A stretch of DNA of 64,000 bases from Callorhinchus milii (lineage: Eukaryota). A program made the position numbers and the translations under genes. Shown here one piece after another: positions 14,862-28,199 of this stretch. Location of the stretch: contig NW_024704742.1 of assembly GCF_018977255.1 (NCBI RefSeq), positions 60,514,001 through 60,578,000 of the forward strand, written 5' to 3'. Numbering within the stretch: position 1 is the stretch's first letter; each line of letters starts with the position of its first letter. The notes beneath the pieces were generated by a model. It made no database searches and was not told where the DNA came from. It was given only the letters and a program-made list of their open reading frames with translations.

Positions 14862-17757
14862 TTGTAATAACTAAAAGACACATTACTAACCACAAGTGCC
14901 TACTATGGAATGAAAGGTATAATAATAATAATCCTTCCATTTGATATAGCATATTGTTGAGATATCTTAAGGTTCTTCACATGATATATTCTAAAGTGTA
15001 TTGTCTGTGTATTCAGTAGGTGAATATGGTAGTCAATTTGCACACACTAATGTCCCATAAACTGCTATGAAATGAATCTGGAGTGAAACTCCATTTTCTT
15101 TTCAAATATCTTTAACATCCACCTGAACAGGCAACCAAAATTTTAGTTTAATGTTGCATCCAAAAGATGGCACCTCCGACAATATAGTGTAACCTAGTCT
15201 AGACTGTGACCTCAAAGTCCTGAAAGAGGCTTGAACCCACACCTTCTTTCTCAAGACGAGAGTGCTACCAACTAAGCCAGGGTGTTACCTGTGTAATTTA
15301 AGTGGAGCCATACATATTTCCATATATCAAAAGTATAATGCATAACAAGTACTTTTATCAGATTAAAATCACTTTACTAAAGACCATTGGCTGAAGCAGT
15401 TAAATTAGCTGTTGCTGCTCACTTCTAAGCATGTGATTATAGAACAGCATCTGCAAATATGAAGCAGTAGGGAAAATGCACAGCACAGATTAGAAAATAG
15501 AAAATGCAGCAAATCTTTTCCGTTATTTTACATATTGGCAAGTGTCAAGCTCATTCAAGTCCTTTGACATGAAAGGATCTCTATAAATGTAAAATTGGAT
15601 ATTATGGCAACACATATTAAAGACTGGGGAATGATTTTGCTATTTTTAATGTACATTTCAGAATCACAAGAGAATTCCCCAGGTGAACTTATACAGCAAA
15701 CATACTGGCAGCAGAAAGAAAGTTTTCTTTCATTAGTAGTAAAGCTCACAGGCAACTAATACATGTAATTTAGCTCAAGTTATTTCAGGCAATGATCTCT
15801 TTGTAACTCCAAATAGTTTGCTGCAGCCTCTGGTAAAATAGTTCCTTTGTAGATGAATAGAGAACGCTGTGCCAAAAGATTGCTGGAAGATATGGGCTAT
15901 CTAAAATCAATTTGTCTGACTCCAGGAGATAGGCCATTGTAACTTAACACATTGCACTTAATGGAGATCTTGGACACATGGGTTTCACCAGGATGTCAAT
16001 TGCTCTGCTCGTATCTACTGATTAGATGCTAAAATGCTATTTGGTTGACATTCACAAATGGCACTTAAAAGTCTTTTAAACTGTCGGTACCTCAAATTAC
16101 TATACAATATAATTTTCAAATTGAATGGAAACCAATACATTTTACATTTAAGATTTCTTTATCCTACTGTACCACAGGATACTAATGATATCCACAAGTC
16201 AAAGTTTCATGGGAAGATTTAAAAGTTGCTTAACATGCATGACACTTGGTGGACATTGTCAGCCTGTTGGGTGCTATCAGTTTGTTTCTCTCATTTTACT
16301 AGAGCTACATATTAGTTTTCCAATATTTGTATGTACTTTCGTTGTTAACCAGTTTATTAGAAGTTCCTCCAATGTATGTAAAGGTATCCCTGTTGATTAC
16401 TGGACTGGATAGTTTAAAATTCATATTACTGTATTATTTCATACTAATATCAGAATTGTTGTATTTTTTAAAAAATTGTGTTTAAAATATATGAATCCAC
16501 ACAATAGATAAATGGAATTAACGACCAAAGCGTTGGTGGAGGCAGAATGTGAAAACAAATTCTAAAGGAAATTACATAGTTACAGTACTTGGTGAACAAT
16601 TTTGTTGAGGGTTATGAGAGAAATAACGCAGCATTATTTAGTTTTTTTAAATGTATTTAGTTCTAATATTTTTTAACTTTGGCGACAATAGATCATAATG
16701 GTCTTTTCTGGACCTCTACATTCCTATGTTGCTGTGATTAACTAAAATAATACATCTATATTGTATAATGTACACCTTTGAAAACTGCTTAAAAATAAAC
16801 AGTTCAACAAAATTCATTAACTGAGTACTTTCTTACCTTAGTTGAAGTATGGGAAATATATATTTTAATTATTAAGGAAGCTCTTTCAATATATTTAGCA
16901 TTTTCAGTTCAGTCATTTTATTTGTGATGCACAATTATCAATATTTCAGAAATAAAGAATTTTCGATGAACAGTTTAGGCAATTCAGTGACTTGAATAAT
17001 TGCGATGTAAAAATTCATGACAAGGTACTGCAATCAAACACATCCTTATTTAATTTAAAATCTAAAATGTCTTGAATCAGTTTTAAACTGCTGTATTAGA
17101 CAATGGTCTTTCTGTAGAGCGTAAACAGCTGTCACTCTTGCCGACCATTAAGAGACAATTATAACATTACATTTTCTGTGCCAAAGGCTACAAGCCTGAG
17201 GGAGAGGAATAGACGTTTTAAAACCTTTGTGATATTGAAGTACCATTAGCCGGTGGTATGAACCATTTTGGATGTCCCTTGAGAAATGCTCTGTATGGCA
17301 ATAAACTCCAGTATGACTTGTTAAACGAGACTTCCCATTTTCCAAAGACATTTTTGTTGGGCCGCCGGATGTCTGACACATGCGGAAACCCATCAATAGG
17401 GTTGAAAGTATCCAAGCCAGACTGAAAAATGAAACCCACGCGGAAACCGATTGCCGTGTTCAACGATTTCCGAACTGAACCGAGATTTCCACTTTACGCT
17501 TTGGCAAATCCCCTGAATTGGAAGGGAATGCGCGCGGCCCCGGAAGCGCGTGTCCTGCTTCTCTAATCCAGGAGTGCATCGGTTGCCGGCGGGAAAGAGC
17601 TGCGGCTTGGGGACCGCGGCAAGTGCATCGGGGAGAAAACCTGTGAGTGTAACCCGACTAAAGCCGCGTAGCTCCCCAGTGATGTCAGTGTCTGACAAAC
17701 TTCCTCACTGCGTGTCACTACAGCGAGGACCACCGCACCCTCCGGGGCTTGGGTTTG

Positions 17758-20700
17758 CAGTGGGGGGGGGAGGGGCTGATCACACAGTGGGGGGAGGGGG
17801 AGGGGCTGATCACACAGTGGGGGGGAGGGGCTGATCACACAGTGGGGGGAGGGGAGGGGCTGATCACACAGTGGGGGAGGGAGGGGGAGGGGCTGATCAC
17901 ACAGTGGGGGGGGAGGGGCTGAGCACACAGTGGGGGGGAGGGGGAGGGGCTGAGCACACAGTGGGGGGGGGGAGGGGGAGGGGCTGATCACACAGTGGGG
18001 GGAGGGGGAGGGGGAGGGGCTGAGCACACAGTGGGGGGAGGGGAGGGGGAGGGGCTGATCACACAGTGGGGGGAGGGGCTGAGCACACAGTGGGGGGAGG
18101 GGGAGGGGCTGAGCACACAGTGGGGGGAGGGGCTGAGCACACAGTGGGGGGAGGGGCTGAGCACACAGTGGGGGGAGGGGCTGAGCACACAGTGGGGGGG
18201 GAGGGGCTGAGCACACAGTGGGGGGAGGGGGAGGGAGGGGCTGATCACACAGTGGGGGGAGGGGGAGGGGCTGAGCACACAGTGGGGGGAGGGGGAGGGG
18301 CTGATCACACAGTGGGGGGAGGGGGAGGGGCTGAGCACACAGTGGGGGGAGGGGGAGGGGCTGAGCACACAGTGGGGGGGAGGGGGAGGGGCTGAGCACA
18401 CAGTGGGGGGGAGGGGGAGGGGCTGAGCACACAGTGGGGGGAGGGGGAGGTGGAGGGGCTGATCACACAGTGGGGGGGAGGGGGAGGGGCTGAGCACACA
18501 GTGGGGGGGAGGGGGAGGGGCTGAGCACACAGTGGGGGGGAGGGGGAGGGGCTGAGCACACAGTGGGGGGAGGGGGAGGTGGAGGGGCTGAGCACACAGT
18601 GGGGGGGAGGGGAGGGGCTGATCACACAGTGGGGGGGAGGGGGAGGGGCTGATCACACAGTGGGGGGAGGGGGAGGGGCTGATCACACAGTGGGGGGAGG
18701 GGGAGGGGCTGAGCACACAGTGGGGGGAGGGGGAGGGGCTGATCACACAGTGGGGGGAGGGGGAGGGGGAGGGGCTGATCACACAGTGGGGGGGGAGGGG
18801 GAGGGGCTGAGCACACAGTGGGGGGGAGGGGGAGGGGCTGAGCACACAGTGGGGGGAGGGGGAGGGGCTGATCACACAGTGGGGGGAGGGGGAGGGGCTG
18901 AGCACACAGTGGGGGGAGGGGGAGGGGGAGGGGCTGAGCACACAGTGGGGGGAGGGGAGGGGCTGATCACACAGTGGGGGGAGGGGGGAGGGGCTGAGCA
19001 CACAGTGGGGGGAGGGGGAGGGGCTGAGCACACAGTGGGGGGAGGGGCTGATCACACAGTGGGGGGAGGGGGGGAGGGGGAGGGGGCTGATCACACAGTG
19101 GGGGGGAGGGGCTGATCACACAGTGGGGGGAGGGGGAGGGGGAGGGGGCTGATCACACAGTGGGGGGACGGGGGAGGGGGAGGGGCTGATCACACAGTGG
19201 GGGGAGGGGGAGGGGCTGAGCACACAGTGGGGGAGGGGGAGGGGCTGATCACACAGTGGGGGGACGGGGAGGGGAGGGGCTGATCACACAGTGGGGGGAG
19301 GGGGAGGGGGAGGGGCTGAGCACACAGTGGGGGGGAGGGGCTGATCACACAGTGGGGGGAGGGGGAGGGGCTGAGCACACAGTGGGGGGGAGGGGCTGAG
19401 CACACAGTGGGGGGGAGGGGGAGGGGGAGGGGCTGACCACACAGTGGGGGGAGGGGGAGGGGCTGAGCACACAGTGGAGGGGAGGGGGAGGGGCTGAGCA
19501 CAGTGGTGGGAGGGGCTAAGCACACAGTGGGGGGAGGGGGAGGGGCTGATCACACAGTGGGGGGAGGGGGAGGGGCTGAGCACACAGTGGGGGAGGGGGA
19601 GGGGCTGAGCACACAGTGGGGGGAGGGGCTGAGCACACAGTGGGGGGAGGGCTGAGCACACAGTGGGGGGAGGGGCTGAGCACACAGTGGGGGGAGGGCT
19701 GAGCACACAGTGGGGGGGAGGGGCTGAGCACACAGTGGGGGGGGAGGGGCTGAGCACACAGTGGGGGGAGGGGAGGGGCTGAGCACACAGTGGGGGGAGG
19801 GGGAGGGGCTGAGCACACAGTGGGGGGAGGGGAGGGGCTGAGCACACAGTGGGGGGAGGGGAGGGGCTGAGCACACAGTGGGGGGAGGGGGAGGGGCTGA
19901 TCACACAGTGGGGGGAGGGGGAGGGCTGAGCACACAGTGGGGGGAGGGGGAGGGGCTGAGTACACAGTGGGGGGGAGGGGGAGGGGCTGAGTACACAGTG
20001 GGGGGGGAGGGGCTGAGCACACAGTGGGGGGGGGAGGGGGAGGGGCTGATCACACAGTGGGGGGAGGGGGGAGGGGGAGGGGCTGAGCACACAGTGGGGG
20101 AGGGGCTGAGCACACAGTGGGGGAGGGGCTGATCACACAGTGGGGGGGAGGGGCTGAGCACACAGTGGGGGGAGGGGGAGGGGCTGATCACACAGTGGGG
20201 GGGAGGGGAGGGGCTGATCACACAGTGGGGGGAGGGGAGGGGAGGGGCTGAACACACAGTGGGGGGAGGGGGAGGGGCTGATCACACAGTGGGGGAGGGG
20301 GAGGGGGAGGGGCTGAGCACACAGTGGGGGAGGGGCTGATCACACAGTGGGGGGGAGGGGCTGAGCACACAGTGGGGGGGAGGGGGAGGGGGAGGGGCTG
20401 ATCACACAGTGGGGGGAGGGGGAGGGGCTGAGCACACAGTGGGGGGAGGGGGAGGGGCTGAGCACACAGTGGGGGGGAGGGGGAGGGCGAGCACACAGTG
20501 GGGGGGGGGGGGGGGGAGGGGCTGATCACACAGTGGGGGAGGGGGAGGGGGAGGGCTGAGCACACAGTGGGGGAGGGGAGGGGAGGGGCTGAGCACACAG
20601 TGGGGGGAGGGGAGGGGGAGGGGCTGAGCACACAGTGGGGGGAGGGGAGGGGGAGGGGCTGAGCACACAGTGGGGGAGGGGCTGAGCACACAGTGGGGGG

Positions 20701-20766
20701 AGGGGCTGAGCACACAGTGGGGGGGAGGGGGAGGGGCTGAGCACACAGTGGGGGGAGGGGGAGGGG
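17758..20766 (+). repeat. G-rich minisatellite (~3 kb) upstream of AGA
   Basis: Unit GGGGCTGA(G/T)CACACAGT + variable G-runs (G5-G9, AGGGG(G) x1-3). Unit ~25-42 bp; roughly 90-100 copies (estimated by eye). Confidence 0.98.
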
Positions 20767-20881
20767 TTTGGTATCGCTGCCGCTGTTGTGAGCTCAGGTC
20801 CTCGGCAGCACTGTAACAGCGGGACTGAGAGAGAGAGAGAGAGTACAGACACACACACACGGACACACGGACACACAGGCC

Positions 20882-21071
20882 ATGAGGCCGGGCCTGGGCC
20901 TGGGGCTCGGGCTGGGGTTGGGGCCGGGCCTGGGGCTGGGCCTGGGGCCGGGCCTGGGGCTCGGGCCGGGGCTCGGGCTCTGGGCGGCGCTGCTGCTCGG
21001 GCGCGGCTCCCGCTCTGCCCTCCTGCCGCTCGTCATCAACACCTGGAGCTTCAATACGGCAACTCAGCGAG
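20882..21071 (+). CDS. AGA: Aspartylglucosaminidase coding exon 1 (leader/signal peptide and start of alpha subunit)
   Basis: ATG at 20882 (ggccATG). Translates MRPGLGLG...WAALLLGRGSRSALLPLVINTWSFNTATQR; LPLVINTW matches the AGA N-terminal motif LPLVVNTW. Donor G|GTCAGT at 21072, phase 1. Confidence 0.92.
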
Positions 21072-21078
21072 GTCAGTG

Positions 21079-23145
21079 CCCCCCACACACCCTCACACAC
21101 ACACCCTCACACACACCCACACACACACCCCCACACACACCCACACACACACACACACCATACACCATACACACACACACACACACATACACCCACACAC
21201 TCACACACACACCCACACACACACCCACACACACACCCTCACACACACCCTCACACACCCCTCACACCCCCCCCACACACCCCCCCACACACCATACACC
21301 ATACACACACCCACACACCCTCACACACACACACCATACACACCCCCCCCACACACCATACACCATACACACACCCACACACACACACACACACAACCTC
21401 ACACACACACCCTCACACACCCTCACACACACACTCACACACACACCCACACACACACACTCACACACACACCCACACACACACACTCACACACACACCC
21501 ACACACCACACACACACACCCTCACACACACACTCACACACACACTCACACACACACACACACTCACACACACACTCACACACACACCCTCACACACACA
21601 CCCTCACACACACACCCTCACACACACACTCACACACACACCCACACACACACACTCACACACACCACCCTCACACACACACTCACACACACACCCACAC
21701 ACACCCCCCCACACACCATACACCATACACACACCCACACACACACACACACTCACACACACACACCCTCACACACACACTCACACACACACCCACACAC
21801 ACACACACCATACACACCCCCCCACACACCATACACCATACACACACCCACACACACACCCTCACACACACACCCTCCACACCCTCACACACACACTCAC
21901 ACACACACCACACACACACACTCACACACACACACCCTCACACACACACCCTCACACACCCTCACACACACACTCCACACACACCCACACACACACACTC
22001 ACACACACACCCACACACTCACACACACACACCCTCACACACACACCCTCACACACACACCCTCACACACACACTCACACACACACACCCTCACACACAC
22101 ACCCTCACACACACCCCCCCACACACCATACACCATACACACACACACACCCTCACACACACACCCTCACACACACCCCCACACACACCATACACCATAC
22201 ACACACCCACACACACACATACACACCCTCACACACACATACACACACACCCTCACACACACACACCCACACACACACACTCACACACACCCACACACTC
22301 ACACACACACACCCTCACACACACACTCACACACACACTCACACACACACACCCACACACACACACTCACACACACACTCACACACACACCCTCACACAC
22401 ACACACTCACACACACACCCTCACACACACACCCACTCACACACACACCCACACACACACACTCACACACACACCCTCACACACACACTCACACACACAC
22501 CCACACACACCCCCCCACACACCATACACCATACACACACCCACACACACACACACACTCACACACACACACCCTCACACACACACTCACACACACACCC
22601 ACACACACACACACCATACACACCCCCCCACACACCATACACCATACACACACCCACACACACACCCTCACACACACACCCTCACACACCCTCACACACA
22701 CACTCACACACACACCCACACACACACACTCACACACACACACCCTCACACACACACCCTCACACACCCTCACACACACACTCACACACACACCCACACA
22801 CACACACTCACACACACACCCACACACTCACACACACACACCCTCACACACACACCCTCACACACACACCCTCACACACACACTCACACACACACACCCT
22901 CACACACACACCCTCACACACACCCCCCACACACCATACACCATACACACACACACACCCTCACACACACACCCTCACACACACCCCCCCACACACCATA
23001 CACCATACACACACCCACACACACACATACACACCCTCACACACACATACACACACACCCCTCACACACACACACACCCTCACACACACCCACACACACA
23101 GACCCTCACACCCCCCCCCACACACACACACACACACACACACAC
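21079..23145 (+). repeat. Compound (CA)n microsatellite, ~2 kb, start of AGA intron 1
   Basis: CA runs interrupted by CCCT, CT, CCC and a recurring CCCCCCACACACCATACACCATACAC marker. Essentially no G on the + strand. Confidence 0.98.
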
Positions 23146-23764
23146 GGAGGCTAATAATTGCTTCAAAAAATAAATAATAATAATAATTTGGTCACTTCAA
23201 TCCACAACTGTTTGTGGGACACTGATGTGCGCAATTGGCTGCTGCGTTTTGCCCACAAAATATACAGTCAATTCACTTTACAGTATATTCTGTGAAGCGC
23301 TGTAAGACGACTCAATAACGTGATAAGGTGTTGTATCGAATGCAAGGATTATCGTTGTTTTTATTATTATCAAAAGCCATTCCTTATAGGTGTAGAGGAG
23401 ATGTTCAAGCTGCATGCCATGTAGACGTTGACGCACAGCAACCCGTGACAAAAAGTTTCATGAACACGATGAAAGACATCTCCTATTATAGCTGCACACC
23501 TATGAATGTTACCTTAAAAAAGAACATAATTAATAATTAAATCCCTCTGCCTTTCCCCCTCCTTCGCCTCTTTTAGTTCACAACTAAAGACCTTCCTCAG
23601 CAAACTCCTGCCTCTCCCCGGCTCGGTGTCAGGCTCCACCAATGTTAATCTCTCTGAGACGCTGCCCCGAATGAATGGGTGCCATATAAATGCAAGTTGC
23701 CTCTCAGGGCTTTCTGACTTATTTCCTTGAGCCCTACAGTACATTAAAGGGACATTTAATGTGC

Positions 23765-23980
23765 AGCCTAATAATAATCCCTCCTAAACCAAAAACAATC
23801 ATAAATTGGTCATTTTCAATCTACGACTGTTTGTGGGACATTGCTGTGTGCAATTGGCTGCCGCGTTCGCCCACAAATATACAGTCAATTCACTTTACAG
23901 TGTGTTCTGTGAAGCACTTTGGGACGTCCTCCCGACGTGAAAAGCGCTATATCAAATGCAAGGATTATTATTGTTATTAT
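23765..23980 (+). mobile_element. 5'-truncated SINE (representative; similar partial copies near 1183, 6755, 11550, 23170, 29668, 55696, 61760, 62487)
   Basis: Core and tail near-identical to the full-length copies, no tRNA head. Confidence 0.9.
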
Positions 23981-26579
23981 AGCTTCAAGAGATACAATGT
24001 TGACCCCCAGAGCTGTGATTTGAATGAAATTGTGCAGTTCACACTTTCGTTCAAATCACCTTTAGCACGCACTCTCTCCTCACCTGAAAACAAAGCCACA
24101 TTACATTTTTTTTACCAGCAACCATTAAAAAAACAGACAGGTGGCCATCCTCGAGACATTGTTAATTGCAAGGAGGTGGTGTAGATTTCAAACAAAAGTT
24201 TTAGTGATGCTGGTTGCTGCGCTCAGTTCCTCCTTTTTTTTTATTTGGGAGAGTTGCGAAATTGAGAGATGTGTCAGTAGCAAGGAAATCCAGTACTGGA
24301 GATGGCATTCGTTGTCAGAGTGCCTGCCTTCAGGTTAGACGTTAAACCAAGGTCCCATCTGCCTGTTCAGGTGCACGTTAAAGATCCCATGGCATAAAAA
24401 CAGAAGGGAGCTCATCCAGCTGTGGCCACAATCCCCCCAAATAAAATTGGTCACTCACTCCATGGCCATCTGGAACATTACTGCGTAAAATGGCTGCCAC
24501 GTTCGGCTGCACATAGTTACACCACTCTACGGTATATCCTGCAAAGCGCTTTGAGGCAGCGCGGCAACATGATGAGGCGCTATACGAATTTGCAAGGATT
24601 ATTATCAGATTTAGAACAACTACAATTCTTTGCGCCTGTAAGACAAAAATCAGATGTGTTGATTGCTACTTGGTTCTTATACCACTTGTTTTTCAAGAGT
24701 TAAGTAGTTAATGGAAATTTTGCAAGTGGGATTTGTGATATACTGTGCAAACACGTAATAGTGAGTAGATGGTAATTCAGTCTGTGGGCACTAAACCTTT
24801 TACCAACGTTCTCTTGGTCAAGGTTGCTTCTTGTGAGTGAATGCAGCAATTTCTGCTAATAGGTGACTTAATTTACTGCCAGATTATCTCTTTGCAGGTA
24901 ATTTGTCACATTTTTTTCACACTGATGAGGAGGTTTCGAAACTGAATGATTAAAGGGGATGAAAGTTAGTAACTCAGTGCGATAAATTAACCAGAACTGC
25001 TGGAATTGTATATTTTTTTCACGTGAGATTGTAGTAGCGAAACATCACTATTGCCTCAACAACCAATGACAGTCTTAGCCCCAGATGTGTGAAGATCGTG
25101 TTGACGATTCTAAAAGTCAGGATTTTCGGAAACAGCCCCGGTCAAGGTGACAAATGACATTCTGCCCATCAGTGACCAGGGCTCCTCTGTCTCCTTAGGA
25201 AGGAGGAGATAGCGGGAGCCCACATCACCATATCAAACTATCCACTCCCTCTGCTCAGCAGATGTCCCTTACCCGGACCACCTCACCATCAGCGGATGGG
25301 CCTTCAGCCTCTCTGTCCCCACCCTTTGGAACTCCATCCCACATTCCCTTTGCCTGTTCCCTCCTTTGGCTCCTTCAAGGTACGCCTCAAAAACCCTCCT
25401 TCGACTCTGCCTTCGGCCACCCTCCAACCCTTTCTGCCCTCCACCTTTCCTGATGCCAACCATCCCCCCCCCCCCCCCCCCCGCTCGGGTCCTAATCCCT
25501 GACCTTTAAGCACCTTAGGACGTCCTCCTGATGTGAAAGGTACTTTACAAATGTAATATTGTATTGTATCTTAGCTATTTGTAATCATTAAACTCATATT
25601 TTTGGTGGGAGGCCTGGGAGTATTATTCCATGCATATGTTTCAATACTCTTCACGGAGTCCTGTCTTCTGTAACTTAGTTATAACAACAACAACAACAAA
25701 ATTACATTTGTATGCAATGCCAATGAGTACAGCGAATGTGTCACGTGCATCGCTGTGAAAATACAACCCATGCTGCATTCTTGCACAAATGATTTGGACA
25801 ATCAGTGCAGATTAAATCATTTATTTGATGGAGTAGGGAGTAACAACAACTACATCAATTTGCAATTATACATCGCCCTCACGCCTTCAGCCACTATATC
25901 CCGTAACTTTGGAAAAATCCCTGCATCAATCCTCCACCTTGCCCCTCTGCCCGTCTTTAGATCACACCTCAAAACGTTCCTCGTCTATGGTTACCTCCCC
26001 TTTCTCCCAGGTTCGGCTTCGTGCCACAACATTATTAATCTCTCTGAGACTCTACCTCATGTGTAGGGCTCTCTATAAATGCAAGTTGTTGTCCTTTGCA
26101 AGTTGCAAGTGCTTTGAGATACCCTCCCAACGTGTAAAGGCTCTTTATAAATGAAAACTATTGTGTATAAATTATGTTTTGTTATATTTTACGCTCTGCT
26201 ACTGAAAATGTATGAACGTTTGTTATTGTTAAATGTTTCATATTACAGCCCCTGCAAACTCTGACGATAAATATCCATATCTAGTGTCAAGCAGTCTGTC
26301 ACTGCTACATCCTGCAGCATGATATTCTAGAAATGGGAGACCTCTTTTTGAGTTCAAGCCATAAAATGGATTATTTTGCTTTCACATATAATTGATGAAG
26401 TGAATGTTTTCAAAATACTGTATTGTGTTGCTGTTTAAAAAAAGCAGATGCCTCTCACACATCCTCAAGTAAATGTTCAAGCTTGTGCTTCCGATGAATG
26501 AATCGGTTTAAACCTTTTTTTGGAAGTGATGTGTGTCATCGCCAGTTATTAAATTGAACGTCTTTTGTGTTTTTTTTAG

Positions 26580-26733
26580 CCTGGAGCACCCTTCAGTCTG
26601 GAGGCTCAGTATTAGATGCCGTGGAAAAAGGTTGTGCTCAGTGTGAAGTTGACCAGTGTGATGGCAGCGTGGGATATGGGGGAAGCCCAGATGAACATGG
26701 AGAGACGAGTTTGGATGCTATGATTATGAATGG
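26580..26733 (+). CDS. AGA: AGA coding exon 2
   Basis: tttttttag| acceptor. (A)[50 protein letters not shown](G). Donor GG|GTAGGC. 154 bp. Confidence 0.97.
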
Positions 26734-27280
26734 GTAGGCAATGACAGTAAATCCTGTTAAGTTCTTTGAGATGTCTTGATGACGTGATAAGATGGGCCCA
26801 TAACAAATTGCGGCTGCAATTTTTCTGTGGAATCTGCAGAATCCAACATTTCTATTGGTTCGGCAATAAGGCAGTATATCAAATACAAGAATTATTATGA
26901 TTCAACGTTTTATCCTATCTTTAATGACATTCTACTCAGATGCTCACATCTCTCTTTCAATCCATACTGGCAAATGTGAATGTCTAATATTTCAACTTAA
27001 TCTTGCAATAATTTTTCAAGGCACTGAATATAAATCATGTAAATATTAAAGACTACTTTTTCATTGTAACTATTTATGTCTTGTCACCGCGTAATGATAT
27101 GCAAAGTTTCAAATGAAAGCGCAACAGATGTGAAAATCATAGACAAAATAAAAACGTGGAAGGATTAAAACTCACAACATGTCACCTCTTTAAGGGATTA
27201 AAATATGATATGTCTGATATCCACTGCTGTTGAACATGTTCGGGTTTGATGTGAATATTTATCTAAACTGTGTCCTTCAG

Positions 27281-27393
27281 CAACACAATGGAAGTTGGGG
27301 CAGTTGCAGACCTTAGAAGAATCAAAAGTGCAATCAGTGTGGCTCGAGCCGTGATGGAACACACCAGACATACACTGTTAGTGGGAGAATCAG
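27281..27393 (+). CDS. AGA: AGA coding exon 3
   Basis: ccttcag| acceptor. [37 protein letters not shown]. Donor G|GTAACC. 113 bp. Confidence 0.97.
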
Positions 27394-28199
27394 GTAACCA
27401 ATGCTATCCTCTTTATTAGACGTTTCAAAGTGCTTCATCGAATATATTGTAAAGTTACTATATTTTGTGGGCAAAATATGGCAGCCAATTGATTCTTTAA
27501 GAGGCATTTGAAGAAAGGAAGGACATTGGTTTAGAGTTGCAAAGGTCAATTTCAGGATAGATACCGGGAAGTTTTCTTTACGCAGAGAGTAATTAATGAT
27601 CAGGGCTCCAGCATGAGGATTTTTAATGACAATTTATGCTGTACTGTGCTATTTGCAGAGAATCATGTCTAAAAGGAACTTTGTATAAACAAAGTATTTA
27701 TTGAGCAAGTATGTTGAAACTTTAAAGGAAGATAATAATAATGATCCTTGCATTTGATATAGTGCCTCATCACGTCTTTGAGACGTCTCAAAGCATTCAG
27801 AGAATATACTGTAAAGTGAATTGACTGAATATTTTGTGGGTGAAACGTTAAAAATCTTGTCAGTGCATGTTTTCATTCATCTACAGTTGCTATACTGAAC
27901 AGTATATTCTGTGAAGCACTTTGAGGTATCCTAACGTGAAATATGCTATATCAAATTTAAGAGTTATTATTATATCTACCAGGGGCAGCCATGCAGTTTA
28001 TAAACTACCTGTTAATTTTTTTTAAGAATCAATGTCAAATCTTCAGTAAGTTATATTAAATGTCACGGAGGTCAAAAAACTTTCATTCTAATTTCATTCA
28101 TTCAAAATGTGACGGTGTTCCACAAACAGTCATGGATTTTGATTGACCAAAAGCTCAGTCGCCTAATTGTTATTATATTTAATCATTATTGTTATCTCA

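Noticed and set aside
1..17300. Additional protein-coding exons in the upstream region
   Set aside because: The short ORFs are repeat-derived or compositionally random, and I found no recognisable domain or consistent exon chain. Small exons or a lncRNA cannot be excluded without RNA data.
17758..20766. CRISPR-like pattern (constant core with variable spacers) or a true RSS array
   Set aside because: The spacers are only G/A runs, not unique sequence. There are no cas genes and the context is vertebrate. No RSS nonamers or V/D/J segments are present.
17563..20876. Many Pro/Cys- or Gly-rich ORFs (up to 368 aa)
   Set aside because: These are translations of the stop-poor minisatellite in several frames, with no splice or coding signal.
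20788..23173. 763-788 aa His/Thr-rich ORFs
   Set aside because: Read-through of AGA exon 1 into the (CA)n tract. The real frame leaves at the donor at 21072.
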